From: an uncultured Planctomycetaceae bacterium
GTDB taxonomy: Bacteria > Planctomycetota > Planctomycetia > Pirellulales > PALSA-1355
DNA length: 64,000 nucleotides
Reading direction: 5' to 3'
Assembly (NCBI GenBank): GCA_963702015.1
Contig: OY969698.1
Span: 989,672 to 1,053,671 of the forward strand
Shown here: positions 43,297-54,445 of the stretch, piece by piece
Position numbering within the stretch: the stretch's first letter is position 1
Layout: the number at the start of each line of letters is the position of its first letter
Position numbers and translations under genes: made by a program
Notes under the pieces: generated by a model
What the model was told of the DNA's origin: nothing
The model's input: the letters and a program-made list of their open reading frames with translations, nothing else
The model's database searches: none

Positions 43297-44322
43297 ATGC
43301 TCTCCCGACCCAACGATTCGCTGCCGCTGCCGCTACTGATTACGGGCGTGGCCGGAGTGGCCGGCTACAACGCGCTCGATTATTTCCGCCGCCGCTATCC
43401 CGATCGGGTGATCGCCATGCGGCAGCGCGACAACTGGCGATTGGTCGGGCCCGCAATCGTCGTCTGCAACGCCGAGGATCGAACCGGCTTGGAGCGATTG
43501 TTCGAGCAACATCGTTTTCGCTCGGTGCTGGATTGTGCCGGCAATTGTGCGCTCAAGTCGTGTCAACTCGATCCGGAAATGGCCTGGCGGATCAATGTCG
43601 AAGGGGTCCGCAATCTCATCGACATGGCCGAGCGGTACGACGCAAGAATGGTCCATTTGTCGGTCGACCTGGTTTATTCCGGAGCCGGATCGGGCGGACA
43701 CGTCGAAACCGATCCAACCGATCCGGTAACCGTTTATGGCGAGACCATGGTCGCCGCCGAAGAGCTGATTCTGGCGCGGCTGCCGGCCACCTGCATCTTG
43801 CGCATCTCGCTGCCGATGGGCATCAGCTTCAACGGCCACGCCGGCGCCATCGATTGGATCGGTTCGCGATTCAAAAAAGGCAAGCCGGCCACGTTGTACT
43901 TCGACGAAATTCGCACCCCATCCTATACCGACTGCTTGAACGCGTTGTGCGAAACCGCCCTGGCCAGCCCGTTGGCGGGTTTGTACCACGCTGGCAGTCC
44001 GCTGCCGCTGAGCCTGTTTCAAATCGCTCAGATCATTAATCGCGTCGGCGGTTACGATCCCGATCTGCTGTTGGGATGCGACCGCGCGCTGGCCGGTCCG
44101 ATGCCTCCGCGCGCGGGAAATGTTTCGCTCGACTCGAGCAAGCTGGCCAGAGCGCTCGGCTATGAGCCGCTGGACGCGTGGCCGTACGATCGGCGTTACG
44201 TGCCGACCGATCGGAATTGGCACCGCGAGCGGCCGAGCGACGAGCCCGGCTCGCCCGAGTTGCTTGCCAGCATCCTCTATCGCAATCCCCGCCGGCACGC
44301 GCCGCGGTTGGCCGCGGTTTAG
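43297..44322 (+). CDS. SDR-family NAD(P)-dependent reductase, RmlD (dTDP-4-dehydrorhamnose reductase)-like
   Basis: LLITGVAGVAGYNAL (Rossmann motif), VLDCAGNCALKSCQLDPEMAWRINVEG, MVHLSVDLVYSG, VTVYGETMVAAEE. Confidence 0.65.
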   Translation: MLSRPNDSLPLPLLITGVAGVAGYNALDYFRRRYPDRVIAMRQRDNWRLVGPAIVVCNAEDRTGLERLFEQHRFRSVLDCAGNCALKSCQLDPEMAWRINVEGVRNLIDMAERYDARMVHLSVDLVYSGAGSGGHVETDPTDPVTVYGETMVAAEELILARLPATCILRISLPMGISFNGHAGAIDWIGSRFKKGKPATLYFDEIRTPSYTDCLNALCETALASPLAGLYHAGSPLPLSLFQIAQIINRVGGYDPDLLLGCDRALAGPMPPRAGNVSLDSSKLARALGYEPLDAWPYDRRYVPTDRNWHRERPSDEPGSPELLASILYRNPRRHAPRLAAV

Positions 44323-44494
44323 CTGGCCAATCCAGCGAATTCGAGCCGATCGAAAGCGCGCGAAAATAGCGCGTTTGGGGAAACTCAGATTGACCGTGGG
44401 GCTCGACCGGCGTTATAAGCCTTGCGCCCCGTTTTGGGCGACAGTCGGCCGACATCGAACATTCCTCCAGACCGATCCGCAAGTTTTTCCTGCC

Positions 44495-45676
44495 ATGAGT
44501 CTGCTCTCACGCTACATCCTGCGCGAGGTGGTGCAAGTCTTCGTTGTGTCGCTGGTTGCCCTGACGATGGTGTTTATCTTCGTTGGCGTGGGCAAGGAGG
44601 CTTACAACAACGGCTTAACCGTTTGGGCAATTCTGCGATTGATGCCTTACCTGATGCCGACGGCGCTACTCTTCGGCGTGCCGGCGGCGCTGCTGTTCGC
44701 GGTGACGACCGCGTTCGGGCGAATGTCGGCCGGCGGCGAGATCATCGCGCTGAAGGCCCTGGGGATCAGCCCAGGGGCGGTGCTGATGCCGATCGGCGTG
44801 TTGGCCGTGCTGCTGAGCCTGGTCACGTTCTGGCTGAACGATATCGCATTTTCGTGGGGCGAAATCGGCACGCGGCGCGTGGTGGTCGATGCGTTCGAGG
44901 AAATCGCCTACAGCGTGCTGCGGAAAAAACACTCGTTTTCTTCGCCGCTGTTCTCCGTCACCGTGGTACGGGTCGAGGATCGCAGGCTGATCCATCCGAC
45001 CTTCACGTTCAAGGAGAACGCCGACTCGCCGGCGATGACGCTGACGGCCGAAGAAGCCGAACTGTCGTCGAGTCCCGGAACCGGCGTGCTGACGCTCGAA
45101 TGCCGGAACGGCCAGTTCGAAATGGCCGGACAATCGTATGAATTCATCGACACGTTCAAGCGCGAAATCCAGTTGGCAGACCAATCCGACGACCCTTATG
45201 CCAAGGCCAGCGCGTCGAAGGTGCCACTGCGCCTGCTGCCCGAAAGGATCGTCAACCAGCAAGCTCAGATCGATCGCCTGGAGCAGGAGATCGCGGCCCA
45301 AGTCGGGTGGCGGCTGGTCTCGGGCGACTTCGGCCGACTCGGGGCCGAAGTCGGCGAGCAAGCCAATCGGCTGAAGGGAGCCAACAAAGAACTGGCCAAG
45401 ATGCGCACCGAGCCGTGGCGGCGCTGGGCCAACGGCTTCAGCTGCCTGGTCTTTGCGATGGTCGGCGTGCCGATCGCAATCCTCAGGCGCTATTCGGATG
45501 CCTGGGCGAGTTTCTTTGTCTGCTATATGCCGATTTTGGTCGTCTACTATCCGCTGATGATGTACGGCGTCGATCGGGCCAAAGTCGGCGCACTCCCGCC
45601 CTGCACCGTCTGGCTGGCCAACACGGTGCTGGCCCTGTGGGGCCTGTGGCTTTTGCGCCGCGTCTATCGCTATTGA
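44495..45676 (+). CDS. LptF/LptG (YjgP/YjgQ) family permease
   Basis: MSLLSRYILREVVQVFVVSLVALTMVFIF.., GGEIIALKALGISP.., with a periplasmic insert and C-terminal TM helices. Intact. Confidence 0.75.
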   Translation: MSLLSRYILREVVQVFVVSLVALTMVFIFVGVGKEAYNNGLTVWAILRLMPYLMPTALLFGVPAALLFAVTTAFGRMSAGGEIIALKALGISPGAVLMPIGVLAVLLSLVTFWLNDIAFSWGEIGTRRVVVDAFEEIAYSVLRKKHSFSSPLFSVTVVRVEDRRLIHPTFTFKENADSPAMTLTAEEAELSSSPGTGVLTLECRNGQFEMAGQSYEFIDTFKREIQLADQSDDPYAKASASKVPLRLLPERIVNQQAQIDRLEQEIAAQVGWRLVSGDFGRLGAEVGEQANRLKGANKELAKMRTEPWRRWANGFSCLVFAMVGVPIAILRRYSDAWASFFVCYMPILVVYYPLMMYGVDRAKVGALPPCTVWLANTVLALWGLWLLRRVYRY

Positions 45677-45702
45677 GCCGGCCAACTCTGTCGTGATTGG
45701 CA

Positions 45703-47068
45703 TCAAACTTTGATGCGCTGCCAGCCTCCGTGCGCGAAGCGGGCACAGAATAATACTGCCCGGACGGTCAGATCGGCCACAATGGCGTACCAGGCTCCTT
45801 GCACGCCCCAGCCCCAGGCAATCGACAGCAGCCAGGCGACCGGAAAGCGGACGCCGAAGAATCCGACGAGCGTGAAGATCAGCGGCCAGCGCGTGTCGCC
45901 GGCCCCGCGAGGCGCCGGTCAAGACCATCACGAGTCCGAGCGGCAGGACGGCCAACGCCACGATACGCAGCAGCGGAGCCGCCACGGCAGCCACGGCGTC
46001 TTGCTTTGGACCGAGAAACAAGTCGACCAGCGGCTCGGCTTGAAAGTAGAGCACGGCGGAGGCCGAGAACATCAACCCGCAGCCACAGGTCGCTGCCGCG
46101 ATGATGCTGTGGATTGCCCGGCGGCGGTCGCCTGCGCCCAGGAATTGGCCCGCCAAAGTGCCGGCGGCCACCTCGAAGGCGGTGCCCGGCAAATAGGCGA
46201 GCGATTCGAGCCGGATGGCCACGCCGTGCGCGGCCACGGCCAGGGTTCCCAGGTGATTGATCAATGCCAAAAAGAAGAGCTGGCAACCAATGACCGACAG
46301 CATGTCGATGCCACCGGGCAGACCGACGCGCGCAATCCGCCGAGCCAGCGGAATATCGAGCCGGAGCCAGCGCCACTCGAGCTTCAGTCCGCGACGACCG
46401 TGAAGCAGAACGGCTAGTGTGATCACCCCACCCACCGCGAATCCGGTCGAAGTGCCGATGGCGATCCCATCCCATCCGAGTTTGGGAAGCGGCCCGACGC
46501 CGAGCAAGAGTCCCCAACTGAGCGCGATGTTGGTAACGTTCACCAGCACCATCGCCACCAATCCGGTGACCGTATCGCCGGCGCCGCGCAGGCACGCGAT
46601 CAAGACTGTCTCGATGACGATCGCGGGAATGACCGGATAGAGAATCCACAAATACCGCACCGCCAGATCAGCCGCCTCGCCTTTGAGATCGAACGCCCAG
46701 ACCAGATGTTCTCCGAGCGCGAAGGCGATTGTGGTGACCATCACCGACGCCACCAGGCCCAACAGAAACGCCTGGCCGGTGATGCGGTTGGCCATGGGCC
46801 AATCGCCTGCTCCGACGAAGCGGGCAATCATGGCCATGGCGCCGATGCTGATCATCGCGAACAGGCCGTAGCAAGCCCACAGCAAGTAGCCGATGAGCGT
46901 CATCGCGGCCAGGTGCTGTTCGGAGAGATAGTGGCCGGCGAGCAAGGTGTCGGAAAAACCGACCATCATCGCCAAGACTTGCTCGGCGAGGACCGGCCAG
47001 GCCAATTGCACCAGGGGGCGCAGCACGCCGCGAGACATGACAACAGGCGAAGTCACGACGGCGGCCAT
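45703..47068 (-). pseudogene. MATE family efflux transporter (one frame break near 45905)
   Basis: LVQLAWPVLAEQVLAMMVGFSDTLLAGH.., ..ACLRGAGDTVTGL.., and after the break RGAGDTRWPLIFTLVGFFGVRFPVAWLL...GGWQRIKV*. These are two typical MATE half-repeats. Confidence 0.8.
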
Positions 47069-47163
47069 GGTTCGGTGCGATCCGCGGAAAACGCAAAAGG
47101 TGCCGGCAGCCATTCTCGCAAAAAGAAAGGCTGCCGACACCTTCAAATCTTCGCGTGAGCGAA

Positions 47164-48473
47164 TCAGGCAAAGAGCTCTTTGATCACCTTGCCGGAATTG
47201 GCGATCTTCATCGGGCGGCCGTTGCGACTGGTGAAAGTCGTTTCCAGCGAAATGCCGAGCGCCTTGACGACCGAAGCCATCACATCCTGCGAAGTGTAGG
47301 GCTCCGACTCGACGTTCGTGCCGTCGGAACTGGTTTGACCGATGGCCTGGCCACCTTTCATGCCGGCTCCGCCGACAACGACGCTCCAACTGCGGGCCCA
47401 GTGGTCGCGCCCGAGTTGCCGTTGATTCGCGGCGTGCGGCCGAACTCGCCCATCCAGATGATCGCGGTGTCTTCCAACATGCCGCGCTGGGCCAGATCTT
47501 CGACCAGCGCGCTCATGGCCTTGTCCATTTCGGGAAGTTTACGCGTACTGAGCGTTTTGAAATTGTCCATGTGCGTATCCCAGCCGCCCAGGTCGACTTC
47601 GACGAACGACACGCCTTGCTCGACCAGCCGCCGGGCCATCAAGCAACCGCGGCCGAAACCGTTCTTGCCGTAGCGCTCCTGCACGTCCGCCGGCTCCTTC
47701 GACGCTTTGAACGCTTCCATCTGCTGGCTCGTCATCAGACCCAGCGTTTTCTTGAGCACGCGGGCATGATCGGCGGCCGAGCCGCTGGCCTTGGCCAGAT
47801 CGCGGTTGCGCGTCCCTTCCGGACTGACCTGGCCGATAAACGTCGTCTCGATATTGTCGAGCATGGCCATCCGATCGTGCAGGCGATCTTCCGGCATGTC
47901 CATGTGCAGGTTCCGCACGTTGCCGTCGGATCCGACGACGAAGGGTGCGTAGGTCATGCCCAAAAAGCCCGGGCCGACGCTCCCGCCACCCACGGCCACG
48001 AACGGCGGAATCTCCAAGCCGGACTCGGGCGAGTAGAGCTCGTGACTGATGACCGAACCGTAGCCGGGATATTCGATATTCGGATTCGGCACATAGCCGG
48101 TGTGCATGTAGTAGCGGCCGCGGGCGTGGTCGGCCTCGCGCGTGCTCATCGAGCGGATGACCGACATATGCTTCATCTGCTGCGCCATCAGGGGCAAATG
48201 CTCGCAGATCTGCAAGTCGCCATTGGTGGAAATCGGCTTGAACGGTCCGCCAGTCGGCGCGCCGGGCTTAAGATCCCAGATATCGATCGTGGCCGGACCG
48301 CCGCCCATCCAGAGCATGATCGCGGCTTTGTGCTTCTTCTTCAGCTCGGTCGAATTGGCGGCCAAGGCGTCGGTCAGCGAGATCGCCGGCAAGGCCAGCG
48401 CGGCACCACCGGCCAGGTGATGCATAAAGTGCCGACGGCTCATGCCGGCGGGAACGGAGCAATTCATGGTCAT
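47164..48473 (-). pseudogene. DUF1501 domain protein (sulfatase-fold) with TAT signal (one frame break near 47408)
   Basis: SRRHFMHHLAGGAALAL; MLWMGGGPATIDIWDLKP; GWDTHMDNF; IWMGEFGRTPRIN..(RDHW expected)..GGAGMKGGQAIGQTS. Confidence 0.8.
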
Positions 48474-48493
48474 ATCCTTCGCCAACGGTGATA

Positions 48494-50357
48494 TCAGTGA
48501 TTCAGAATGAATTCGTTGCTGTTGAGCACGGCCCACCAAACGTCTTGCAACGCGGCAGTCGCGTTGCCGCCGCGCAGCGCCATCAATTGATTGGCGGCCG
48601 AAGTCTCGGCGGCCGTCGGCCGGCGGGCCATCGCCGCCATGAACAGGTAGTTGATCTTGGCGGCGTTATTCAGTTTCGGGTTCGAGGCGACCTGTTCCAG
48701 GAAGCTGCCTTTATCCGTGGCGATCGCTTTCTTCATCAGGTCGCCGTTCATCATCATCAGCGTCTGCGGAATCGTGCCGTTGAACGTCGTGGTTTCGTCG
48801 TTGTCGTCGGTGCCAAAGGCGATCGTGAATTGATCGAGCCATTCGTGCTTGACCTTCTCCTGCTCTTCGTAGCTGCCGCCAATCTGGTGGGCAGCGGTGG
48901 CCACGAGCAACGATTCGTACAGCTCTTCGGCACGCATCTGCCGCAGATAGAAGTGGCTGAACATCGGCTTTTCGCCCAGCGACGGATCGTCTTTTTTATT
49001 GTTCGCGCTGAAACGGCTCGATAGCGAGTAGGGCTCGCTGAGCACGATCCAGCGAATCAGGTCCTTCAGATCGCAACTATTGTGGCGGAACTCATTGGCC
49101 AGGCTTTCGAGCAACTCGGGGTGGCTCGGCGCGTTGTGCGGACCGATGTCGTCGACCGGCTTGGTGAAACCATAGCCGAGAAAATGTCCCCACATGCGGT
49201 TAACGATCGCCTTGGGCATGTATTCCGAATTGACGACTCGCTTGGCCAACTCCTGGCGCCGATCGACCTCCGCCAGATAGCCGCTCTTGCTGTCGAGTCG
49301 CCGTGCCGTCAACGAACGCCGGATAAGCGACTTCCATCTTGCCGTTGCGCAGCTCGTAAAAGATCGCCGCCTCGTCGCCAGGACTGTCTGGGGGCAGGAA
49401 ATTCTGATTCACCAACTCGACGGTCGGATTATCGCGATCGCGTTTATCCCCAACCCGGCGGAGCTGTGTTTGCCGGAAGAAGGCGTTCAGCTCCCAAAAC
49501 TGGTTTTGTTTCCATTCGTTGAACGGATGGTTGTGGCATTGCGTGCATTGAACCTGCAAGCCCAGGAAAATCTGGCTGGTCTTGGCCGTGGCCTGCACGG
49601 CATTGTCTTCGAGCTTGCCCGAAAGAAAGTTAACGTATCCATTGAAGCCGGCTTCACCGGGCCGGTTGACGCCAGTGGCCGAAATCAGATCGAAGACCAG
49701 CTTGTCGTAAGGGGTGTTGCGCTGGAAAGCGCGACGGAGCGACTGCTGCAATCCCTGACGATTCGTCATGCGATCCTTCTCGCCCCCGCCAGCCCGACCA
49801 ATCAGAATGTTGGTCCAGAGCGTGGTCCAGTTGCGGGCATACTGCTCAATGTACTGCTCATCCGTTCCAAGCAGTTGGTTGACCAGCTGCAGCTTTTTGT
49901 CGGCCGAGCGGTCGGAGGTGAATCGCGTCACTTCTTCCGCCGAGGGGACACGCCCCAGCAGATCGAGAAACAAGCGCCGGCACCACTCGCCCTCGGTGGC
50001 CGGTGACGAGGGAGTCATCTTGCGCGCCTGCCAGGCCGCGCGGATTTGATCGTTAATCAGCTCGACCTGGGGAATCCCATACGAATGGCTCTTGGCCGCA
50101 CTGATCTTCTTCGGAGCGGTTTTTTCTGGCCCATCGGGCGCGGCGTCGGAGGGGCCGTCCGCCGTAGCTTTCGCGGCAGTGACTGCCGGCGTGCCCCGGG
50201 ATGGTGAATCGGTGGTGGCGGCCCAGGCCGACAGGCCCGCCAGGGCGCAAAAGGCGAAAGAGAAAGAGATTACCGCAGACCAAACGCGAGCCTGGCCTGC
50301 CGCCTTCAGATCGCGCCGCGCTTGAGTTGCCCCGCCTTTGCGCATTTTTTGTATCAT
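48494..50357 (-). pseudogene. DUF1549/DUF1553 domain protein (one frame break near 49300)
   Basis: [20 protein letters not shown] (DUF1549), [16 protein letters not shown], then NRMWGHFLGYGFTKPVDD...ALQDVWWAVLNSNEFILNH* (DUF1553). Its partner DUF1501 gene lies immediately downstream, the usual planctomycete pairing. Confidence 0.8.
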
Positions 50358-51223
50358 CCGATCAATGCAAGCGACATGAAAAAACTGAATCTGAGAGAGC
50401 GACGCCGCGGAGTCGCGCGAACACCCAGCATTCATTGTAAGCAATCGCCCGGCGGAGCGGAATTTATTGCCGTACGCCAGCCGCAGTTGTAGCACATCCA
50501 GCCGCCAACGGCGCGAGCCCGTTTTGACGGCACGCTGGGCCTCCAGGGCGAGGCAAGAACACGAGCCAAAGACCGGGAATTGGCCGTGGGACAAGCAGGG
50601 CGTGCAAGCCACGCGCCCGAGGCCGCGGAGAGGGATTGGATCATCGACGTCCACCGCCGGAGAATCTAGCCAAGCGAGGAATTTTTTATTTCGCGGGCTT
50701 CAATTTTTTGGATTATTCGCAAATCCTTCCCTCAACAATTGTGTTGCATTTTAATACATGTGTGCAAAAACGCTGCATTGAAACGCAACAGGCGAGTTGG
50801 TTGTCGGCTTCCGATGACCGACATCCAACTCGCCTATGGTTATCTAGAAACTAGGTCTAGCTTGGCTTACGACGTGTGCCTCATCTGTTCGAATGATCGT
50901 CGTAAACCAATGTGGCGACTAAGTTTCCAAACACTTGTTGCGAATGCCTCTTCTGCGACCGGCCCCGTCAGCCTCAGTGCTCTTCTCTGTTCGGGCCCCG
51001 CGACTAACATGAAAAAATGAATCCTCATGTAAACCGGTCGCTAGCACTAAAAGCAACGCTTGTGCCAAACCTCGTCGAGCGGTCCGATTTCGTCCATTGC
51101 CGTAGGTCGCCCACTGGCTAAGAGGGGGGAGCCGAGCTCCCGAGCGATACGATTCGGAATCGGTCGCGGTGCGACTCGAGCGCGGCGGCAGTCTTGCCTG
51201 CCGAGTCGCCCGTTCGGCCCCCG

Positions 51224-53220
51224 CTAGGCGCTCTGACGGAATTGGATTTCGTGCAGACGGCGGTAGGGATCGCAGCGGCCGACGAGCTGGTCGTGGGAGC
51301 CGGTGTCGATAATTCGGCCTTCGTGCATGACCACGATCCGATCGGCCAGGGCCAGCGTCGCCAGGCGGTGGGTGATGATGATCGTGGTCCGGTTTCGCGT
51401 GAACTGTTCCAGCACTTTGTGGATCAACTGCTCGCTCTCGAGATCGATCTGGCTGGTGGCTTCATCCAGGATCAGGATCGCCGGATCGCGCAAGATGGCC
51501 CGCGCCAGCGCGATCCGCTGTCGCTGCCCGCCGGAGAGTTTGCCTCCCTGAGCGCCGACTTGGGTATCGTAACCGTGTTCCAACCGCGACTCGATGAATT
51601 TGTGGGCATGAGCCTGCCTGGCCGCTTCGATCACGTCCTGGCGGGTGGCGCTCGGCGCCCCGTAGCGGATATTGTTGAACACGGTGTCGTCGAACAGGAG
51701 CGTTTCCTGAGTCACCAGGCCGATCTGGTTGCGAAGTCGCGCAAGCGCCGCTGGCGCACGTCGACGCCGTCGATCAACACTCTGCCTTCCTGCGGATCGA
51801 AGAATCGCGGGATGAGATTGGCCAAGGTGCTTTTGCCGCAGCCGTTGGCGCCGACGATGGCGATCGTCTCGCCAAATTCGATCCGCAGACTGACATTGGA
51901 GAGGACCGGATGATCGGGGCGATAGGCGAACGAAATATTGTCGAAGATCAACTCCCGGCTGTGCCGCGGAACCTGGCGGCTGCCGGCGGGCTCCTCCATT
52001 GATGGCTTGCGATCCAAAAGTTGATAGACGCGATCGCTGGCGGCGGCGGCCCGCTGCAGGCGGCCGTAGACTTCCGACACCTTCCGAATCGGATCGCTGA
52101 CGCCGGCCAGAAATCCGTAGAAGATCAACAGCCCGCTCATCGACAGCGGCCGATCCGACATGCGAATCCCGAGCAGATGCGTCTGTTGATTGAGCACCAT
52201 ATACGCACCGGCGAGAATCGCCACGCAAATGATGAAAATGCCCATGACTTCGGTAATCGGGTTGATCATCGAGTCGAGCATGGCGATCCGCATGCCGTGA
52301 CGCAGGCAGTGCTTGCCAACGCCATGAAACCGCCGGCGTTCGTACCGTTCCATGGTGAACGCCTTGACAACCTTAATGCCGCTGAACGACTCGGCCAGGA
52401 TGTTGAACATCGAGGACATCTGTTCCATGGCGCGGCGATTTGCTCGCTTGGCCGACCGAGTGAGTCGTGAGATCAGGTAGAACGACAGCGGCGCGACGAC
52501 CACCGACAGCACCAGCAGCTTCCAACAAATCCAGGCCGCTCCGATCAAACAGGCGATCATCTTCAGCGGCTCACGAATCGCTCGGCCATAAATCGCCGAA
52601 ATGCCGCCGCCAATGCCGTCCATGTCGTAGGTGAATCGGCTGATCAGATCGCTGGTGCCAGCTTCGCCGAAGCTGAGCAGATCCATCCGCAGCGTGCGGC
52701 GGTAGAACTTCTTGCGCAAATCAAACATCACGAGGCTCGTCAGCCGTTCGACCAGGATACCTCCCGTGGCGAGCAACAGATCCTTGATGATCGTCGCCAC
52801 CATCAAGCCCGAAATCAGCACGACCAGCGTTTGAAACGGATCGCTGGGAGCATATCGATCGATCGCCGGCTTGGCCCAGCGGTACCAGGTGAGGGCTCTC
52901 TGTTCGGCCTCGCAGCGTGCCAGTTTGCGATCGGCCTCGACTTCGAGCGATCGCTTCTCCGCGGCGGGCGCCGTAGCTATTTGCTCATTCAGGGCGGCGA
53001 TCTCTTGCGTCAGTTGCTGCTCCAGACGCTCGGAGTCGCCGATGCGCTGGTCCATTCCCTGGCCGAGCGACTGACCCTTGAAGATCACATCCAGCACCGG
53101 GTACATCGCCCCGATGTTCGCTCCCCAGAGCGTGGCCACGACCAAAGCGCAGGCCACGATGCCGCCGATCGTCCAGCGGTAACGAAGGCTCATTTTGAAG
53201 GCACGGACAAAATTGTTCAT
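51224..53220 (-). pseudogene. ABC transporter permease/ATP-binding fusion protein, MsbA-like exporter (one frame break near 51740)
   Basis: Six-TM exporter domain (ORF 51712..53220). Walker A GANGCGKST, Q-loop LVTQE, signature LSGGQRQRIALARA, Walker B ILILDEATS. Confidence 0.8.
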
Positions 53221-53655
53221 CAGAAGACGCTTTCGCTTTCAGGCCCAATTCCAAGCGGCGAGTAGCTGGTGATCGACGTCGGGACCGGATTTGCGTTTTC
53301 GGCAGATGCGCACGGGAGGCGCTTCCCGACATGCTCTCATCACCCCGCAAGAGAGGGAGTGAGATGCCGCGCGAGACTGCCGCCGCCCCGATCCCTCTCG
53401 GCGAGGGGATCTTTTACCAGAATGCCGAAAATCGGCAAAGAGCGACGCCAGACGTTGATTTAGGGGGTTCAGCTAGACTGGGAATGCATTTTAGCGCGGT
53501 CCCGATCGTGGCATGCGGGCGCGAAAAGTGGGCCTGCGCATTGGGGGGAAAATGTCGCGGGTGCCTGTTGTGACGATTTGTTGAACTTTGCGGATCGTAG
53601 CGGACGATACAGCCACTATACGGCCCAAGACCTTGGCCTGAAAGGAATCAAACAC

Positions 53656-54156
53656 ATGAAACGGATGTTGTTCGCTTTGTTGGCCGTGACGGCGCTGGGA
53701 GCGTCGAGCGGCTGCTGTTGTTTGGAACAATGGTGGTGTCGTCCTTGGGGCTGCTGCGGCGGCTGCAACGACGGCTGCGGATGTGGCAATGGCTGCGGCT
53801 GCGGCGACAGTGGCGGTTGTGGCGGAGGCGGCTTCGGCGGCTGCTCGAGCTGCGGCCAATACGGCCAGCAGGGTTACGGCGGCCAGCCGGGCTTTGCGCA
53901 GCAGGGTAACGGCCCGCAAGGCTACGCTCAGCAGGGGAATTGCCAACAGGGCAATTGCCAACAGGGTTATGCACAGCAAGGCTGTGGTCCACGAGGCTGT
54001 CGCCAAATGGGTCACGGGCCCAACCAGTACCAGTATGGCCCTAGCCAATACGCCGACGATGCCGGACCCCCGAGTGGTCAGGTAACGTACCCCTATTACA
54101 CCAACCGGGGACCGCGCGACTTCTTGGCGCGGAATCCGAACTCGATCGGTCCGTGA
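53656..54156 (+). CDS. Small secreted (possibly lipo-)protein, extremely Cys/Gly/Gln-rich
   Basis: An AAAGGAA RBS lies 8 nt before the ATG. Signal MKRMLFALLAVTALGASSGC. Then CCLEQWWCRPWGCCGGCNDGCGCGNGCGCGDSGGCGGGGFGGCSSCG, QQG-type repeats, and the tail VTYPYYTNRGPRDFLARNPNSIGP*. I count 18 Cys after the signal peptide. Confidence 0.6.
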   Translation: MKRMLFALLAVTALGASSGCCCLEQWWCRPWGCCGGCNDGCGCGNGCGCGDSGGCGGGGFGGCSSCGQYGQQGYGGQPGFAQQGNGPQGYAQQGNCQQGNCQQGYAQQGCGPRGCRQMGHGPNQYQYGPSQYADDAGPPSGQVTYPYYTNRGPRDFLARNPNSIGP

Positions 54157-54351
54157 TGCTCTCTGGGCCAAGGTTCGGCGGCTCGCGTTTGCGCGAGCCG
54201 GCCGTTAGGTTGGTCGCCTGGCGGCATCCGTAGCGATGCTCGCGTGGAATCGCTCGATAAACTTACCGCCGCGCTTTCGGGAAAATGTCCCGGAAGCGCG
54301 GCTGTTTTTTTGCGCACTCAGCATCTCGATCGAGCTCGAGAGGTGAAAATG

Positions 54352-54380
54352 TTGCTTGTCGCCGGGGCCGACGTTATCGT
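54352..54380 (+). promoter_or_regulatory. Candidate promoter TTGCTT-N17-TATCGT upstream of Gfo/Idh/MocA paralog 1
   Basis: GAAAATGTTGCTTGTCGCC..GTTATCGT is conserved with the block at 55954-55982 upstream of paralog 2. Confidence 0.4.
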
Positions 54381-54445
54381 GACGTTTGGCCCGCCGAAAG
54401 CATCATCCCACCGTCACCTTCTCTCCCCCCATGGAGTGCCCGGTC

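Noticed and set aside
44666-47389. 907-aa minus-strand ORF, the longest in the track
   Set aside because: It is a chimera. Only about 45.9-47.07 kb matches a MATE transporter. The part below 45.7 kb is antisense to the clearly real LptF/G-type gene, and the part above 47.07 kb runs through intergenic DNA and the DUF1501 3' end. Long spurious ORFs are expected at this GC content.
50739-51020. 93-aa ORF in the AT-richer gap
   Set aside because: Codon usage is unlike the neighbouring genes, there is no RBS, and the translation is Cys/Ser/Leu-rich without motifs.
53390-53415. Short hairpin plus TTTT (GATCCCTC..GAGGGGATC-TTTT) upstream of the Cys-rich gene
   Set aside because: The stem is imperfect and no plus-strand gene lies upstream that it could terminate. 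This is insufficient to call a terminator or sRNA.
53491-54171. 226-aa Ala/Leu-rich ORF antisense to the Cys-rich protein gene
   Set aside because: The plus-strand reading has an RBS, a signal peptide and a distinctive C-terminal tail. The minus-strand product is a low-complexity mirror of the GC(N) repeats.
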